From contig NC_045697.1 of assembly GCF_009834535.1 (NCBI RefSeq), positions 98,148,001 through 98,212,000 on the forward strand: DNA of 64,000 bases. The letters run 5' to 3'. Positions 11,990-24,500 of this stretch are shown here, one piece after another (positions within the stretch are counted from its first letter, which is position 1; each line of letters begins with the position of its first letter). The position numbers and the translations under genes are program-made. The notes under the pieces were generated by a model. That model saw only the letters and a program-made list of their open reading frames with translations. It searched no databases and was not told the DNA's origin. This DNA comes from Camelus ferus. Lineage: Eukaryota.

Positions 11990-13217
11990 CTCAGCTTGCT
12001 GTTTTCAGAGGCCCTCCGTTGGCGCCCTCTTCTGTGCTGCTCCCAGCACCTGTCGGCAAGCAGATCGCGCCTCCTCCTAACACTGGGTCAGCTGCAGCTC
12101 TCTGCTGTGGGCGGGCGGGTCGCTGCCCCTCCGGATGCCGCAGTCAGATGTTGCAGACTGGCCAGGTAGGAGGGTGGGTCGTGCCCCCTCCCAGCACCTC
12201 GGTCAGGGGCTGTGTTCCTGCCCGAAAGGCGGGGTGGGGGGTGGGGAACCGCTCCGTTCTACCTGCGCCGCTGGTAGCTCAGCTGCTCTGTGCGGCTGCG
12301 CGCTCCGCCCCGGTCGGCGCTCCGCCCTGGTTGGCGCTTCGCGGGTGGGCTCAGGGAAGACCGAGGGACAGCCCTGTCCCTGCTCTGAGCCAAAACCCAG
12401 CTCCTTGTTTGTCTTTGTGGAGCAAGTTCTCTGAGGGACCAGGATGGAAGGATCCTATCTGCCCCGGGCTGCAGGCCAGTCCCAGTCTGGCCTTTGAGGC
12501 TGCTAAGCCCTTTGGTGCAGATGTAGGTTTCACCCCCGCCCCCGCCTGGGTGCTAAGCGCGGAGGATATGGCTGCTGTGCCTGAGCCCCGCCTCTCTTCC
12601 CCCGAAAACTTTCTGCGGGTTTTCAGAGATGGGGGTGTGCACCCTTCCCCCGAGAGCACATCAACCTTGCTGTTTTATGGAGGGCCCAGGTTGTTCTGCC
12701 CTGTGCACCCACAGCCACGGCGCGCAGCCCCTTGCGTTCCCCCGGAGCTGCCTCAGTGCAGCCACTTACGTCCTCCGCCCAGCTCGTGCAGCCTGGCCCT
12801 GCCCGCCGCTGCTGGCCTGCGTCTCAGGCTGGGTGTCGGGGGGGACGCTCTGTGCCTGTTTAACTTAGTTCTGTCAGTCAATGGCTGCTCTGTACAGATC
12901 CGAGCCTCGGAGGCTCCCCCTCCGTCCCGCTGGCCTCTCAGTTGGAGAGGGGAGACGCAGCGAGCGAGCGCCAGTCCCCCTTTGCCGCTCCCTCCCCACA
13001 GGACCCGTCCCGCGCTGCTTTGCCTTTTGTTCTTTCTTTTTTCCTTTTCTCCTACCAGATTTTTGGAGTCTTTATCTTTCGAAGAGGGCGATGTTCTGTC
13101 GGAGTTCCACAGGTGCTCTGGTTGGCTGAGTGGGTCCGTAGATGTGGGTCTTGGTGTATTTGTGGGAGAGGGTGACTTGCGAGCATCCTTCTACTCCGCC
13201 ATCTTCTCCGTCTCCTC
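11990..13217 (-). promoter_or_regulatory. CpG-island-like internal promoter region of the L1 5'UTR
   Basis: Abrupt GC- and CpG-rich segment in an otherwise CpG-depleted window, located at the L1 5' end. Confidence 0.85.
13197..13205 (-). promoter_or_regulatory. YY1 site (AAGATGGCG) at +13 of the L1
   Basis: Plus-strand cgccatctt; position matches the YY1 motif near the 5' end of mammalian L1s. Confidence 0.85.
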
Positions 13218-13414
13218 GCTTAAAGATTATTGTTCATAAATTTAGGGCATTTGCAAGTCTTTATTTTATTTCTACTTTATCACTTATCTACAAAATGAAA
13301 GGTATAACTATGCCTTACTTTCAAGTATACTGGTGCAATTCCAGAGCCCAGACGGCTTGTCACTGGTTCTCCATTGAGCAACCATCTCCTAAGTAACCCT
13401 TCGAGAATTCTGTT

Positions 13415-13528
13415 AGACAGTGACTAATCATCCTAATTTGTCCTGGTCTGCGGCAGGTTTCCCAGGATTGAAGATTGTCAGTGCTAAAACTGGGACCATC
13501 CCTAGCTAGCTGGTGTGATTGGACACCC
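13415..13528. mobile_element. hAT-Blackjack MITE, MER81-like
   Basis: 'gtgactaatcatcctaatttgtcctgg...ggtttcccagga...tcagtgctaaaactgggacca...ttggacaccc' resembles MER81 as recalled. Confidence 0.6.
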
Positions 13529-13789
13529 CAAAACAATTTCCCATAGTGAAATGTATCCAGTATCAGATGCTTCAAATCTTGAACCCAACTAGTAAACCAA
13601 TTCCTGTTGTAGAGATTCACACTTGTCATCATCTTTCTACGACATGAGAAATCCTCAGGCTCATCCACTGAATGATCATAATAACCTTGAATGATGGACA
13701 TCAGGCTTACTCATGCTGGCTATGACGCCTTAAAAACCTCTGTGAAGGAGACATTTAACAACTGTAATAGATTCATCACCAGGTGACCT

Positions 13790-14190
13790 GCCTCCAGCCA
13801 CCTCTGTCTGTCTGTCTACTCCCCCAGGACCCACTTCTTGCTCACTGTATTCCAGTCACTCTGGATTCTTGCTGTCCCTCAAACATTCCCACCAGCAGTT
13901 TCCTCTGCCTCTGTATTCGTCTGCCAAGTATCCAGAAAGCCACATGGTTTGCCCCCTCATTCCAATCTTGGCACAAATCTCTGTTAGAGAGACCTTCTCT
14001 GACAACCTTTTATAAAACAGCCTTCTCTCCTTCTCTTTCTAGCCCTTACCATTTTACTTCTCTTCATCATAGTTACAATCACCTGACACTCGTTCATATA
14101 TTTGTTTAGCATCTGTTTTCCCCCTCACTGGACGGTAAGCTCCAGAGGGTAGGGCAGGCAATTAATAGCTATTTGTGAAATGAATAGATG
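13790..14190 (+). mobile_element. L2 LINE 3' fragment
   Basis: Pyrimidine-rich L2 tail with 'cactggacggtaagctccagagggtaggg', ending 'atttgtgaaatgaatagatgaa'. Confidence 0.65.
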
Positions 14191-14194
14191 AACC

Positions 14195-14418
14195 ATATGG
14201 TGTAGTGATAAACACCACAGACTCAGTAATCAGAATCTCCAGATTCAAAACTCAGCTATGCCTTGCATAATTATGTAACCTTGAGCAGATTACGCAGCTG
14301 AACTTCTCTGGGCCTCAGTTTGCCCAGAGGTAAAATGGGCTTCACAGCAGCCCCTTCCTCTTAAGGTTGTTGTAAGAAGAACTAAAGTAACTCAAGTGAT
14401 GCCTTAAGAGTAATGGCA
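14195..14418 (+). mobile_element. MIR SINE, interrupted by a younger L1 3' fragment (continues ~14960-15005)
   Basis: 'tgtaaccttgagcagatta...acttctctgggcctcagtttg...taaaatggg'. Confidence 0.65.
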
Positions 14419-14950
14419 TCCACTGAAAGATGACTGGATAAAGAAGCTGTGGTATATTTATACAATGGAATACTATTCAGCCATAAAAAAGAATGGAATA
14501 ATGCCATTTGCAGCAACATGGATGGACCTGGAGATCTTCATTCTAAGCAAAGTAAGCCAGAAAGATAAAGAAAAATATCATATGATATCACTTATATGTG
14601 GGATCTAAAAAAAAGACAAATGAGCCTATTTACAAAAAAGAAACAGACTCACAAACATAGAAAACAAACATCTGGTTACTGAGGGGAAGAGGGTGGGAAG
14701 GGATAAATTGGGAGTTTGAGATTTGCAGATACTAACTACTATACATAAAATACACAACAAGGTCCTACTGTATAGCACAAATTCACTAACTTGTAATAAC
14801 CTTCAATGAAAAAGAACATGAACAGGAATATATGTGTGTATACGTATGACTAAAACGTTATGCTATACACCAGAAATTGACATACTGTAAACTGACTTCA
14901 ATTAAAAAGTAAATAAAATCATCGTATTTATTAATTAAAAAAAAAAAAAA
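14419..14950 (+). mobile_element. 5'-truncated L1 (ORF2 end plus 3'UTR) with poly(A) and TSD
   Basis: 'tggaatactattcagccataaaaaagaatgga...ccatttgcagcaacatggatggacctggag'; A tail 14937-14950; TSD aagagtaatggca (14406-14418) and aagagcaatggca (14949-14961). Confidence 0.92.
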
Positions 14951-17939
14951 GAGCAATGGCAGATGTGTGATAACTACTCAATGAATCTGACTGTGTATTT
15001 CTATTATTCCACTCATTAACAAAGATGTTTCCAAACCTTGCACTAAAAAGAGCCATCAGGCCTGAACCCTCTGACTATGAATAGGTGAATAATCAAGATC
15101 ACCAATTGGCAGATGCAATCTATTACTGTTTGATTTCTCAGACTAAGTTTTCTGAATGTCATATGCTCTCAAGGGGCCCTTCATTTTTCACCGAAGTTTC
15201 CATTCTGCAATCTAGACTCTGGTTTCAAGCAGACTCCTAATCCAACCCTTCTGAGCTGAGTAGTAAGTGATGGTTTAAGCATATCCTATAGGTTTTCTGC
15301 AATGGGTTGGCCTTGGGTTTTACTAAGCGCATTTGCATTGTGAACAACATTTGTAGTGGGAATTGTTCCTTTAATTTTGAAAGCATTTACCAAACCAGTT
15401 TCCCTGAACAGGATCATTTTCCGGGCCATAAAACACACTAAATTTGGTTTAGTTGGGAGCTTCCGTGGAAGGCTTTGTCATGGATTCCACCAGGCGGGAG
15501 TTCTTACAACATGTTGTATTAAATTTTCCTGAAATTTTACAGAGTTAAGCAGATGGTTGAGCTCTCTGATACTGGCCATAATGGCCTCACAAAGCTTTTG
15601 ATCTCATTTGTGAAATTTTAATATTTAAACAAGGGATCATGAAGATGGGGTGGGGAGGTCACTGAGGAGCACTTTTTAAAATTATTCAATGATATCATCC
15701 TACATGTCAGTAAGTGGTCAAAAAGACCCTCTCTTGTTCAAAATCTTCCAGCCTAACTGGGTTCAGGATGTTTGGGGTACAGAAGGAAGAAATAAGGGTC
15801 TAGACCAGAAGCTGGGCAACCACGACACTTAGGTCCTCTTCACATCAATCTCATGGCTCTCTTTGATACAAGGGCAAATCATAGTCCCTCCTCCTCTATG
15901 ATCTGCCTTGTGGTCCACAGGGAGGAAGGGCCCCAGGACATCCGTATGGACATTGAGCTCACAAGTTTGCAAACTTCAAAATATCATTTGAAAGAGAAAC
16001 TGACATGCATATTAAAAGAGTTCACCACACTGTTTGAAGATCTATAAAGGAGTCATGATCTTTGTTCAAGCAAGGAAAAACAATTAAGGACATTTTTGTT
16101 AGTGCTGCTCTGAACTGAATGTGTGCTATGAAGTTCATCTGATTATGGAAGCTGCTTTCCTATTCAAAAAATAAAATAAAATGCTCTTGATATGCAAATA
16201 ATAAGAATGTCCTTTGGTATCAAATAATATCTAAACACAAACTCTGCAAAATGTCCCAGAACTGTTTATTTAAGGACATTCTGGTCAAACTTCAAGGTGG
16301 AACCTACAGGCAACTATTTACTCAAATTATCTGAAAAGCGATTTTCATTGATTTTCATTGTCCAGCTTTATTTCATTGATTTCTACCATTTAACTATTTT
16401 TAATGACATCAAATTCTTGCTTTAAGCTATTATATCAATAATAATATATTAATAGAACCCCAAAATTTCTAACAGTTAATAACTGCAAGTAGCTGTAATG
16501 AACTATCCTTAGTATACAAATAAATACATAAATTGTATTTCCCCAGGTCACATCAGCCAGGACAGGATAACTGACTGCTAACCATGAAAAAACTTCTTGT
16601 CTTAGACAAAGAGCAAAAGTAGCTGAAAATGCTAGTTGTAAAATCTTCTTCCATGAGTTCAAGAAGGTTGTTAGGTTCTTCCACTTGATTTCACCACATG
16701 ATTATGACCACCATCTTTTCCCACGGGTATCCTCCGTTTCCTCTACTGTTCCATCAAACAGCTCTCTGTCTGTACTGCTATATTCCAATGAAGGTGGTTG
16801 CTTCTCTTGGTGGCCCTGTCAGCTCACCTGAACCCAAGGACTCTGGCCTGCAGTGATACATTCTGTCCTGAGGGCATAGCTGCTCTCCAACTCAGCCTGA
16901 ATTCCGTGGTTCAACTCTGTTACTAGGCAACAATGCCATATCACCATGGATGTTAGTTTCATATGGATACATCTCTTCTACTCAACTCACTTTCTATAAT
17001 AGTCTCCTCTCCCTGGGATCTGAGACAAGCCTTTGGAGAATGGTCCAGAAAATAATTAGAGTGATGAACAAAGGTATATAAGATTACTAATTATCCTCTA
17101 GGACCATGCCCCTATCCAAATTCTGTCGAAGGGAACCCTAAACTAAAAGAACTTATTCAAAGCTGGTACAATTCTATAATGGATAAAACAACAACAACAA
17201 CAACACAAGATAGCGACTTTAAAACCTAGTGTGGCTGGCTCTTTTGTCTAGACACTGGCCTCATGCAGAGCCTAAAAGAGCTCACTGCTTGTCAACCATC
17301 CTCTACCCAAATTTCCTAAGACACGGTGCATCTGCGAAAACCTGGAGTGGTTAAAAGGCCAGTCTCAGAAAACAGAAGACCTGGAATTGAATCCCAACTC
17401 CCTTATTCTTTGAACACAAATTTACCCTCTTTGGGCCAGAATAAATGCCTAAGGGGCCAGAGAATCTCCCTCTCAGAAGATAGTTAAAAATAGAGTATTT
17501 TAAAAGAATAGAAATAATTGTCTGAAGCATGCTGGAAGACAAAAGAATGAATGACCTGTGAAGCCTCAAATGACAGAAGTATAATTTGGAATAAACCTTA
17601 GATTTTCACATAGTCTCACAATATACTCAATGGTTAATTTTTATTAGGTAAATGTGAATCAAGGCACTTACAAATTCATTACTTACTGTTAAGATCTGTT
17701 TGATTTTTTAAATAATAACAAGTCTTTAAATACTTAGGTTTAAAACACTCTCCCCCCAATTTTTAAATTTTTTTATTTCTCGTCTCATATTTGTGAGATA
17801 TAAAATATTTCATGAAGCCCATTACTAGTTCTATAACAAGTACTTGCAGAGTTGTAAAACTCATATTTCATGCTTGATTACTATTTTTCTATCTCTGTCC
17901 ACTAGTGTAATCCATTCTATCAGTTTAACAACTTGCGTG

Positions 17940-18459
17940 TCATTATACAATAGGGAAGAACAAATCTGACTCTGTATTAAACCTGTTCCTTTAGCTCTAA
18001 CCCTCTGCTCTGTTTCCTGTGCTTAGTCATGCTGATTCTGCATCTTTGGTAAAACAGTATTGCCTATAGCCTGAAATATACAGGATAGCCCATTCTCAAA
18101 GCTCTGACTTTTAAGGTATAACATTTTTCTATTCATATAGAGATAAAAAGTTGCAGAACAGAAAATAATACTTGTCTTGTTGGGGGTTTACAGGAACATC
18201 CTGACCTATGTGGACAGCTGCAAGAACAAAGGATTCTGACACCAAGAAATTTGCACCAACCAACCATACCTCCCAATCCTTTTAGTATAAAAGGAGTCTG
18301 AATTCTAACTTGGGTAAGATGGTTCTCCAGGTCATTAGTCTGCCATCTTCTCGGTTTGCTGGCTTTCTGAATAAAGTCATTATTCCTTGCCGCAACACCT
18401 CATCTCCCAATTTACTGGCCTGTCGTGCAGCAAACAGAACGAGTTTGGACTCGGTAACA
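17940..18459 (+). mobile_element. ERV1-type solo LTR
   Basis: TATAAAA at 18286-18292, AATAAA at 18370-18375, U5-like end 'ggcctgtcgtgcag...tttggactcggtaaca' finishing in AACA; no internal sequence; TSD not resolved. Confidence 0.75.
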
Positions 18460-21299
18460 ATAATAACTATGACAGGGGTAGCATGTAGCCTTCTTTGGGA
18501 GTATAGGGTTTAGGAGGCAGAATAGGAGCAGGAGATTAAACAACAGGATAATATATTTGAAAGTATGTTGATAGTGGCATGATGACTTTGATTCTGGCTT
18601 ATATAGGTATTAAAATTATCAGACTATTGGTGATACCCAGTGTGCTGTGAGTCAAATTCTATGTGAATCAACCTCTTAATGATGCTTGGAGCTTTCATTT
18701 GAATAGTAGTTCACCATAACCTCTTTTGGCTACTGGTTGACTAGGCTCCTGGTCATTTGTGATGTGAATGCTGCTGGACTTTAACACATCCCAATATTTG
18801 AATCCCAGAACATAAAAATGTTTTAATACTACCTAAAAGACCCCAAGTGAAATCTCAGAGAAATCCTACAAGTAAACTGCCAAAAGATTAGACACATCAG
18901 CAAGGGATTCACCCAAGGATTTGAGGTACACTGTAAGATTGTATCAGCCACACATTGCCAAGTCCAAGGTCCATCGCACAGAAAAGCTAATAAATATTTA
19001 TTGGGCTTCTCTAGAATGAGACAGAGAGGACTGAGAGCTAAGAGATTTGTGCAAGTTCTTCCACTAATGAGCCGTGTGGTGTTGGAAACACCACTTAGTG
19101 CTTCCTGGCTTTGGTTTCTTCTGCTGCAAACTGAGCAAGACAATCTGTGGTTCTATCCAAAGAATTCCTCTGCTCAGTTAACAAGATCATGGCCATTTAC
19201 TGGAAAGTTTTATTTTAAAGTCCATGGGAGGCCAGAACATAAAACTTTATAACTTCAAGCACTTTTCTATTTTAAGCATCATTATATTTGAGGGAAAATA
19301 GTCCCAAATGTTTTGAAACTAATTCTTCTTAGCAACTTTCTAACAGTCTCTAAATTACTCAAATTAAGCACCAAATTCAGACATCCTCAAGCCGATAAAC
19401 ATTTAGTTTTAAATTGCCGCCTTTATATTTTACTTATCATTGAATTTTCAGTACAATTAGCGACAGGGCAAAAATATAAGTGAATTGAATTTAAACTGTG
19501 AATCTACAGGGACAGAAGTTTTTAATCACTAGATGTTCTGTTGAGTAACTGAATCAAGTTGTTTATGATAATTTTATTACCTTGGCCCTCTTTTTAAGAG
19601 TTATTATATTTTCTCATGATGTATGATAACACTTTTGAAGCCTTTTCTGTAATTGGAACTCCACAAACCTGGCTTCCAAGACTCATCGATATGAAAAATT
19701 ATCTTAAAAGTTAAATAAGTACATTTGTTTCATTTTAGTTTGGATCTTCCAATTATGAAAGATACTTTCTATATTTATGTCTGTTTCTGATTAGAGATCC
19801 CCTCTTTTGGTCAACACTGTGTCTTCATGAATTTCATTTACATTAGATACATTTGTAAGAGGGTTTTCATTTTTCAAACTAAAAATGTCAATGTGTCTAT
19901 TTTGCCCAAAGTGCAAATTTGTTCAAGAAACCCTACAGCAGAGGTTTTACCCTTGATTGCTCTTTACAATCACCTTGGGAATTTGGGGGGAAAAAAATCT
20001 GTAAGTGGGCATAGCCCCAAAACATTTAAAGCAGAAACCCTGGAGGTGGGCAGTAGATATTGGTATATTTAAAAACACCCACTGGGGTTGTGCGGTCAGA
20101 CTTATCTCATGGAACTCGTATGAGCCTCTACTGTGTTTCACCGTTGGCATTTACCTGCCTCATCTGCTCTACCACAATGCCTTCTGTTCTTCCTGTCTCC
20201 AACAGATTCTCAAAATGCTCTTGAAATAGTAGTTAATTTTGTCTTTCTTTATAACAATCTCAAAGAGTTGGCAGCACATGTATTATCCCATTTTACAGAT
20301 GAGAAAGTCTGGGATTGCCCAAGGGAACACTAACAAGAAGTGATAAAGCCAGAAGTAGGACTCAGATATTCTTATGTTAATTTAGCGTACTTCCCAGGCT
20401 TAGAACCCCGATGTCTGCCTTTTATCACTCCTGGTCTGCATACAAAACTGAATCTTGAGACTATCCCAAGAAAATGTCAAAAAAAGAAGTAGAGGCAATT
20501 CATGTCGTGTGTACTTGATGCACACTGACTGTATTCAGCCCACGATAATTCCTTTAGGAGTTTTGGCAAGAGCTTCAATGTTTTGTTATTGAAATTTCTC
20601 TTACTAGAGATGAGTCTTTTGAATAAATAATTAATTCACTAGTTTTTAGCCAACTTTCAATTAGTTGAAAATAGCCAGAATTATGGTGTGGCCTATTTTT
20701 CTCTGTCACTTTCCTCCTTACCCCCAGCCCCTCTTCTGTAATTAAAAAAAATTCTCAACTCTTTAACAGTTTCTTCTCTCTAGCTTCCAGATCTGGAAAG
20801 AAAAATGAGAACCTTTCCATTCTGGTAACATATTTAAAATGCATGTGATTTAAATGTTAAAATTCAAGAAAAATAGCACATAGCAAACATTTTCAGAGCA
20901 AGGTATCTTGACTCCAAGATCTGCTAACATAGACTCATGTGAATATAATCAGTGCTTTTGCTTTTCATTACTCAATCCAACATCTCAACCTTCTTTCCTC
21001 AACAACAGATTTATATTCCTTTGCTTCAGTAATCCAAATGATTAGTTCAACCGCCCATTTCTCTTTATTTCTGTATAAAAGCAGGCCATGATAATATATA
21101 AAGAATATAGCTGACAGAAAAGATCTCTAAGAATTAAAAAATAAATTACATCTTTAATTTGAAAAAAAGGTTAAACAGTAATTAAAGAAGACTTGCAGAT
21201 GGATTCTTATTTATCAGCCAGTGGTAAGCTGAAAAATGGGCATTTCTGGCCAGTCCAAACAAACAGAAGAGACAAGAATTTCCCTGCAACCACTACATA

Positions 21300-21500
21300 G
21301 AGGCAGTATAGCATGGGGTATCAACAAAGAACAGAAACCTTGGGCTCAGTCCCAATACTCCTCAGTGTTGCCTCTGTTTCCTTATTATAGAATGAGGATA
21401 ACAGAGTTGTTGTGAGAATTAAGAGTTAATGTATATAAAAGACTTGTAACAGCACCAAGCACACAGAGCAAGGGCTATCTACCAAAGTGTCAGCTCATAT
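21300..21500 (+). mobile_element. MIR SINE
   Basis: 'aggcagtatagcatggg...gcctctgtttccttattatagaatgaggataacagagttgttgtgagaattaa'. Confidence 0.6.
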
Positions 21501-24500
21501 TATTATGAGAGATGTCGGCATAGAGGGATTTTTAACTCTTCCCTCATTCTTGCTCTCTCCACGGTTGCTTCACAACATGAAACTTTTGTTCCCAAACTCT
21601 GAAACCACTGTCAGAATGTGAACTGCTACTGAGGCAGTGGGGCAGTGGTGACTACACTGGGTTTCCTAAAGTCAATAAGTGAGAACCCCAAAAGTGGGTG
21701 ATGACACTTAAAGAGGGGAAGCAAGCTCATCTACGTGAATGACTAGACCCATTGACCAGGACATGCAGACCCTTGATCTGCCAAAGATAAAGTGATTCCT
21801 GAGATGGCCACAGTGATTGCAGAACTCCTCAACTTAAGCTCAGCTGCGCCCTGCCCCCCTCAACACACAGCCCACACACTCTTGCACTCACACCCTTCAC
21901 CCCCACACACACTGCCAAAAGCTCTAGCAGCAGTAACAAGGGGATGGCCCAAAACCCGAGCACAAAGACCTCAGAATTTAGGCAGAATTTTAACAACATC
22001 TCTACTGCTTTGGATTTCTATTACTTGAGTCAATATTAATTAAACACTCTTCAAAGTACATTCCTTCATTTGATACTCACTCTGATCTATGCCTTCCCTC
22101 TTTATAATTCCAGAACACTCTGACCCTAATAAGGCTTTCTGACATAAAGATCCTGGGATAGAGACTCTTGACCATCCTTTAAAAATAAAACAGAGTTGGC
22201 AGCACAAATATAAAGAAATGATCATCATAGCTAGTATTTATGAAACACTGTTTTAAGTGCTTTACCAACTTCATTGAATTAAATCTTCACAATGGACCCT
22301 TTAAGGGCTACTTAATAAATCAAGCAGGTTTTGAATTCAGGATGGCTTGATTGTATAAGCCTGCGTTTTTGCTCACTAATAATATTTTGCTTTAGACAGC
22401 ACAATTGGTGAAGAAAGTACAAAGAACAGATCTCTTGAACATGATCTGGGTTATTCAGAATTAACCAATTAAACGGTGAGAAGAGAATTTCCCACTTCAG
22501 ACAGAGAACAACTTGATACTTCATATCCAGACACACCACTCACTCCAATGCTGTAATATCCTTTTCCCCAAACCGAGTGAATTCTATCATTTGTAACTCA
22601 TACCCTTTTTTACTACTTAAAATGATCAAAATAGATTTTTAAGTTTGTAGGAATTTAAAACCTAACAATAGAATTATAGTCCTTATACCTTTGGCAAAGA
22701 CCCTGATGCTGCCATAAACGCCACTAGTGAATGAAAACTAATTACAGTTCTTTCAGGCTAAGAAGCAGCAGCTGAATACCACTAATTATGCAGTGACACT
22801 AACAATAATGCTAAAAAAATTAGCAATAAATGTATTCACAAGAAAGACAAAGAATAAATGTAGCAAATCAGCAATTGTAGGGGAAAAAATGGCAAAACTG
22901 AAATCTTCCTGTAGTACACAATGGATGTTTTTAAATGTTTAATTACCATACAATGATTACTTCTAGCTCATCACAAAGGCAAATTTCAAAGGCTGTCACA
23001 CACCCCCAAAAGCATCTTTAACACGCATTGATGATTGTGAGTTTTATATTAATGGAGCTATGCCTAAGCTCACATGGCAAACAGCTAGAGTTGACTTTCA
23101 GTTGTGCCAAGAATCGTAGACCAGTTTATAAGATCACAGTTATCCAAATGATTGTGAAGTGGAAAACTGGATTTTGTTTGGATTCTGAAGTAACTGCAAT
23201 TTAACTGTGTTAACCTGGCCAAATCGCTCTTCCAATAGACTTACTCTGGTCAAATTTGATGCTACATCAAATCCTAAGGATTCAATTGGGAACATATGCC
23301 AATTTTATCCTTAATGTGGCCTGATTCAGGAGAGACAGACTGGGGGGAGAGAGAAAAGAGACAGAGAGACAGAGAGAGAAAATGAATACAGAACTAGCAT
23401 AGCTAGGTATCTATGTCAATAGTGCCATAAACAGCCCCATCATCCTTCTCAGTAAGCACTGGCCCCAGAGTGACTAAGAGATGAATTATCTGTATCTGCT
23501 TTCACCCTTCTCAACCTCAGTTTTCTTGTCTCTCTCATGGGATGAGCACCTCACTTGCGTATGGGCTATTTAAGAAATGTTCAAGGGTAATTTAGTAAAT
23601 TTGACTCTGTGATTTTTGCCTTCCATGCTCCCTTTAGAATCTAATTGTTGTGAAGGGGTTATTAACACTGAAGGTGAATTTTCTATGATAATGTATATTT
23701 TATGTAAATGAACTGAGGATTTTATAAAGTCTTACTAGTTTGAGTTTGGGTAAATATCAAGCACTGTAGAAAGAATCTCATATACATTTGTGATATTTTA
23801 GAGGAGGAGTGGCTAGAAATGCTGAAACTAATATTAGAATAACAGACAACAAACCAGGTTCGAACTAACTCTGAAATTAATGTGACCTTGAAAGTCATTT
23901 ATAATTTATTTACAAAATGGTTTATGATTCTACTATTTTTCACATTCTTAGTACTAAATTCCTATCTATATAATTCCTATCTATCTGAAGCTTCTTGATC
24001 ATTCCAAAGAGGCAGAAAAACGGAAATTAAAATGACTTTTTAAAATAGAAAGGAAGTAAAGAAAGAAAAACAAAAGGAAAAGTGAAGCTGAAAGAACACA
24101 ATACCAACTCTATGTCAGTGGAACTAATTAAATAACAGAGAGATCCAGAATCTCCTGGGTCCTAGCAGAAGGGAAGGAGCTCAGAAAACAGCACAAAATT
24201 GTGAAAATAATGTTGGGTGCAAACATGAGTATTTATTTTGAATGCTAAAAAAATGACAAATTTAAAGTGTTGAAGAAAACTTAGTTTTTGAAGGAAAAAA
24301 CTAAAGGTCAAAAATTTCAAAGTTATTTTGCTTGCAAGGCGAAAGGGAGCCTAGTAAATCGACAAGTTCTGCAGGACTCCGAGTTAAAAATCAAAAGAGG
24401 ACTTCATTCTACACTGGGAGGAATCTGATTGGTTAAAGAAAGGATTGTAAAATCCTTAAAATTGGTATTGCTCTCTTTACTGTTCCAGGAAATCCAGTAC

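Larger units (their letters stand above)
6089..13217 (-). mobile_element. Full-length young LINE-1 retrotransposon (~7.13 kb)
   Basis: 5' end GAGGAGACGGAGAAGATGGCGG, CpG-rich 5'UTR, ORF1, spacer, ORF2 (EN, RT, Cys-rich domain), 3'UTR with polypurine tract (~6292-6312), AATAAA, short A tail and 12-bp TSD. Confidence 0.98.

Noticed and set aside
23025..23110. TGATGA box-C-like motif (also near 47940) as a possible C/D snoRNA
   Set aside because: No properly placed box D (CTGA) or terminal stem.
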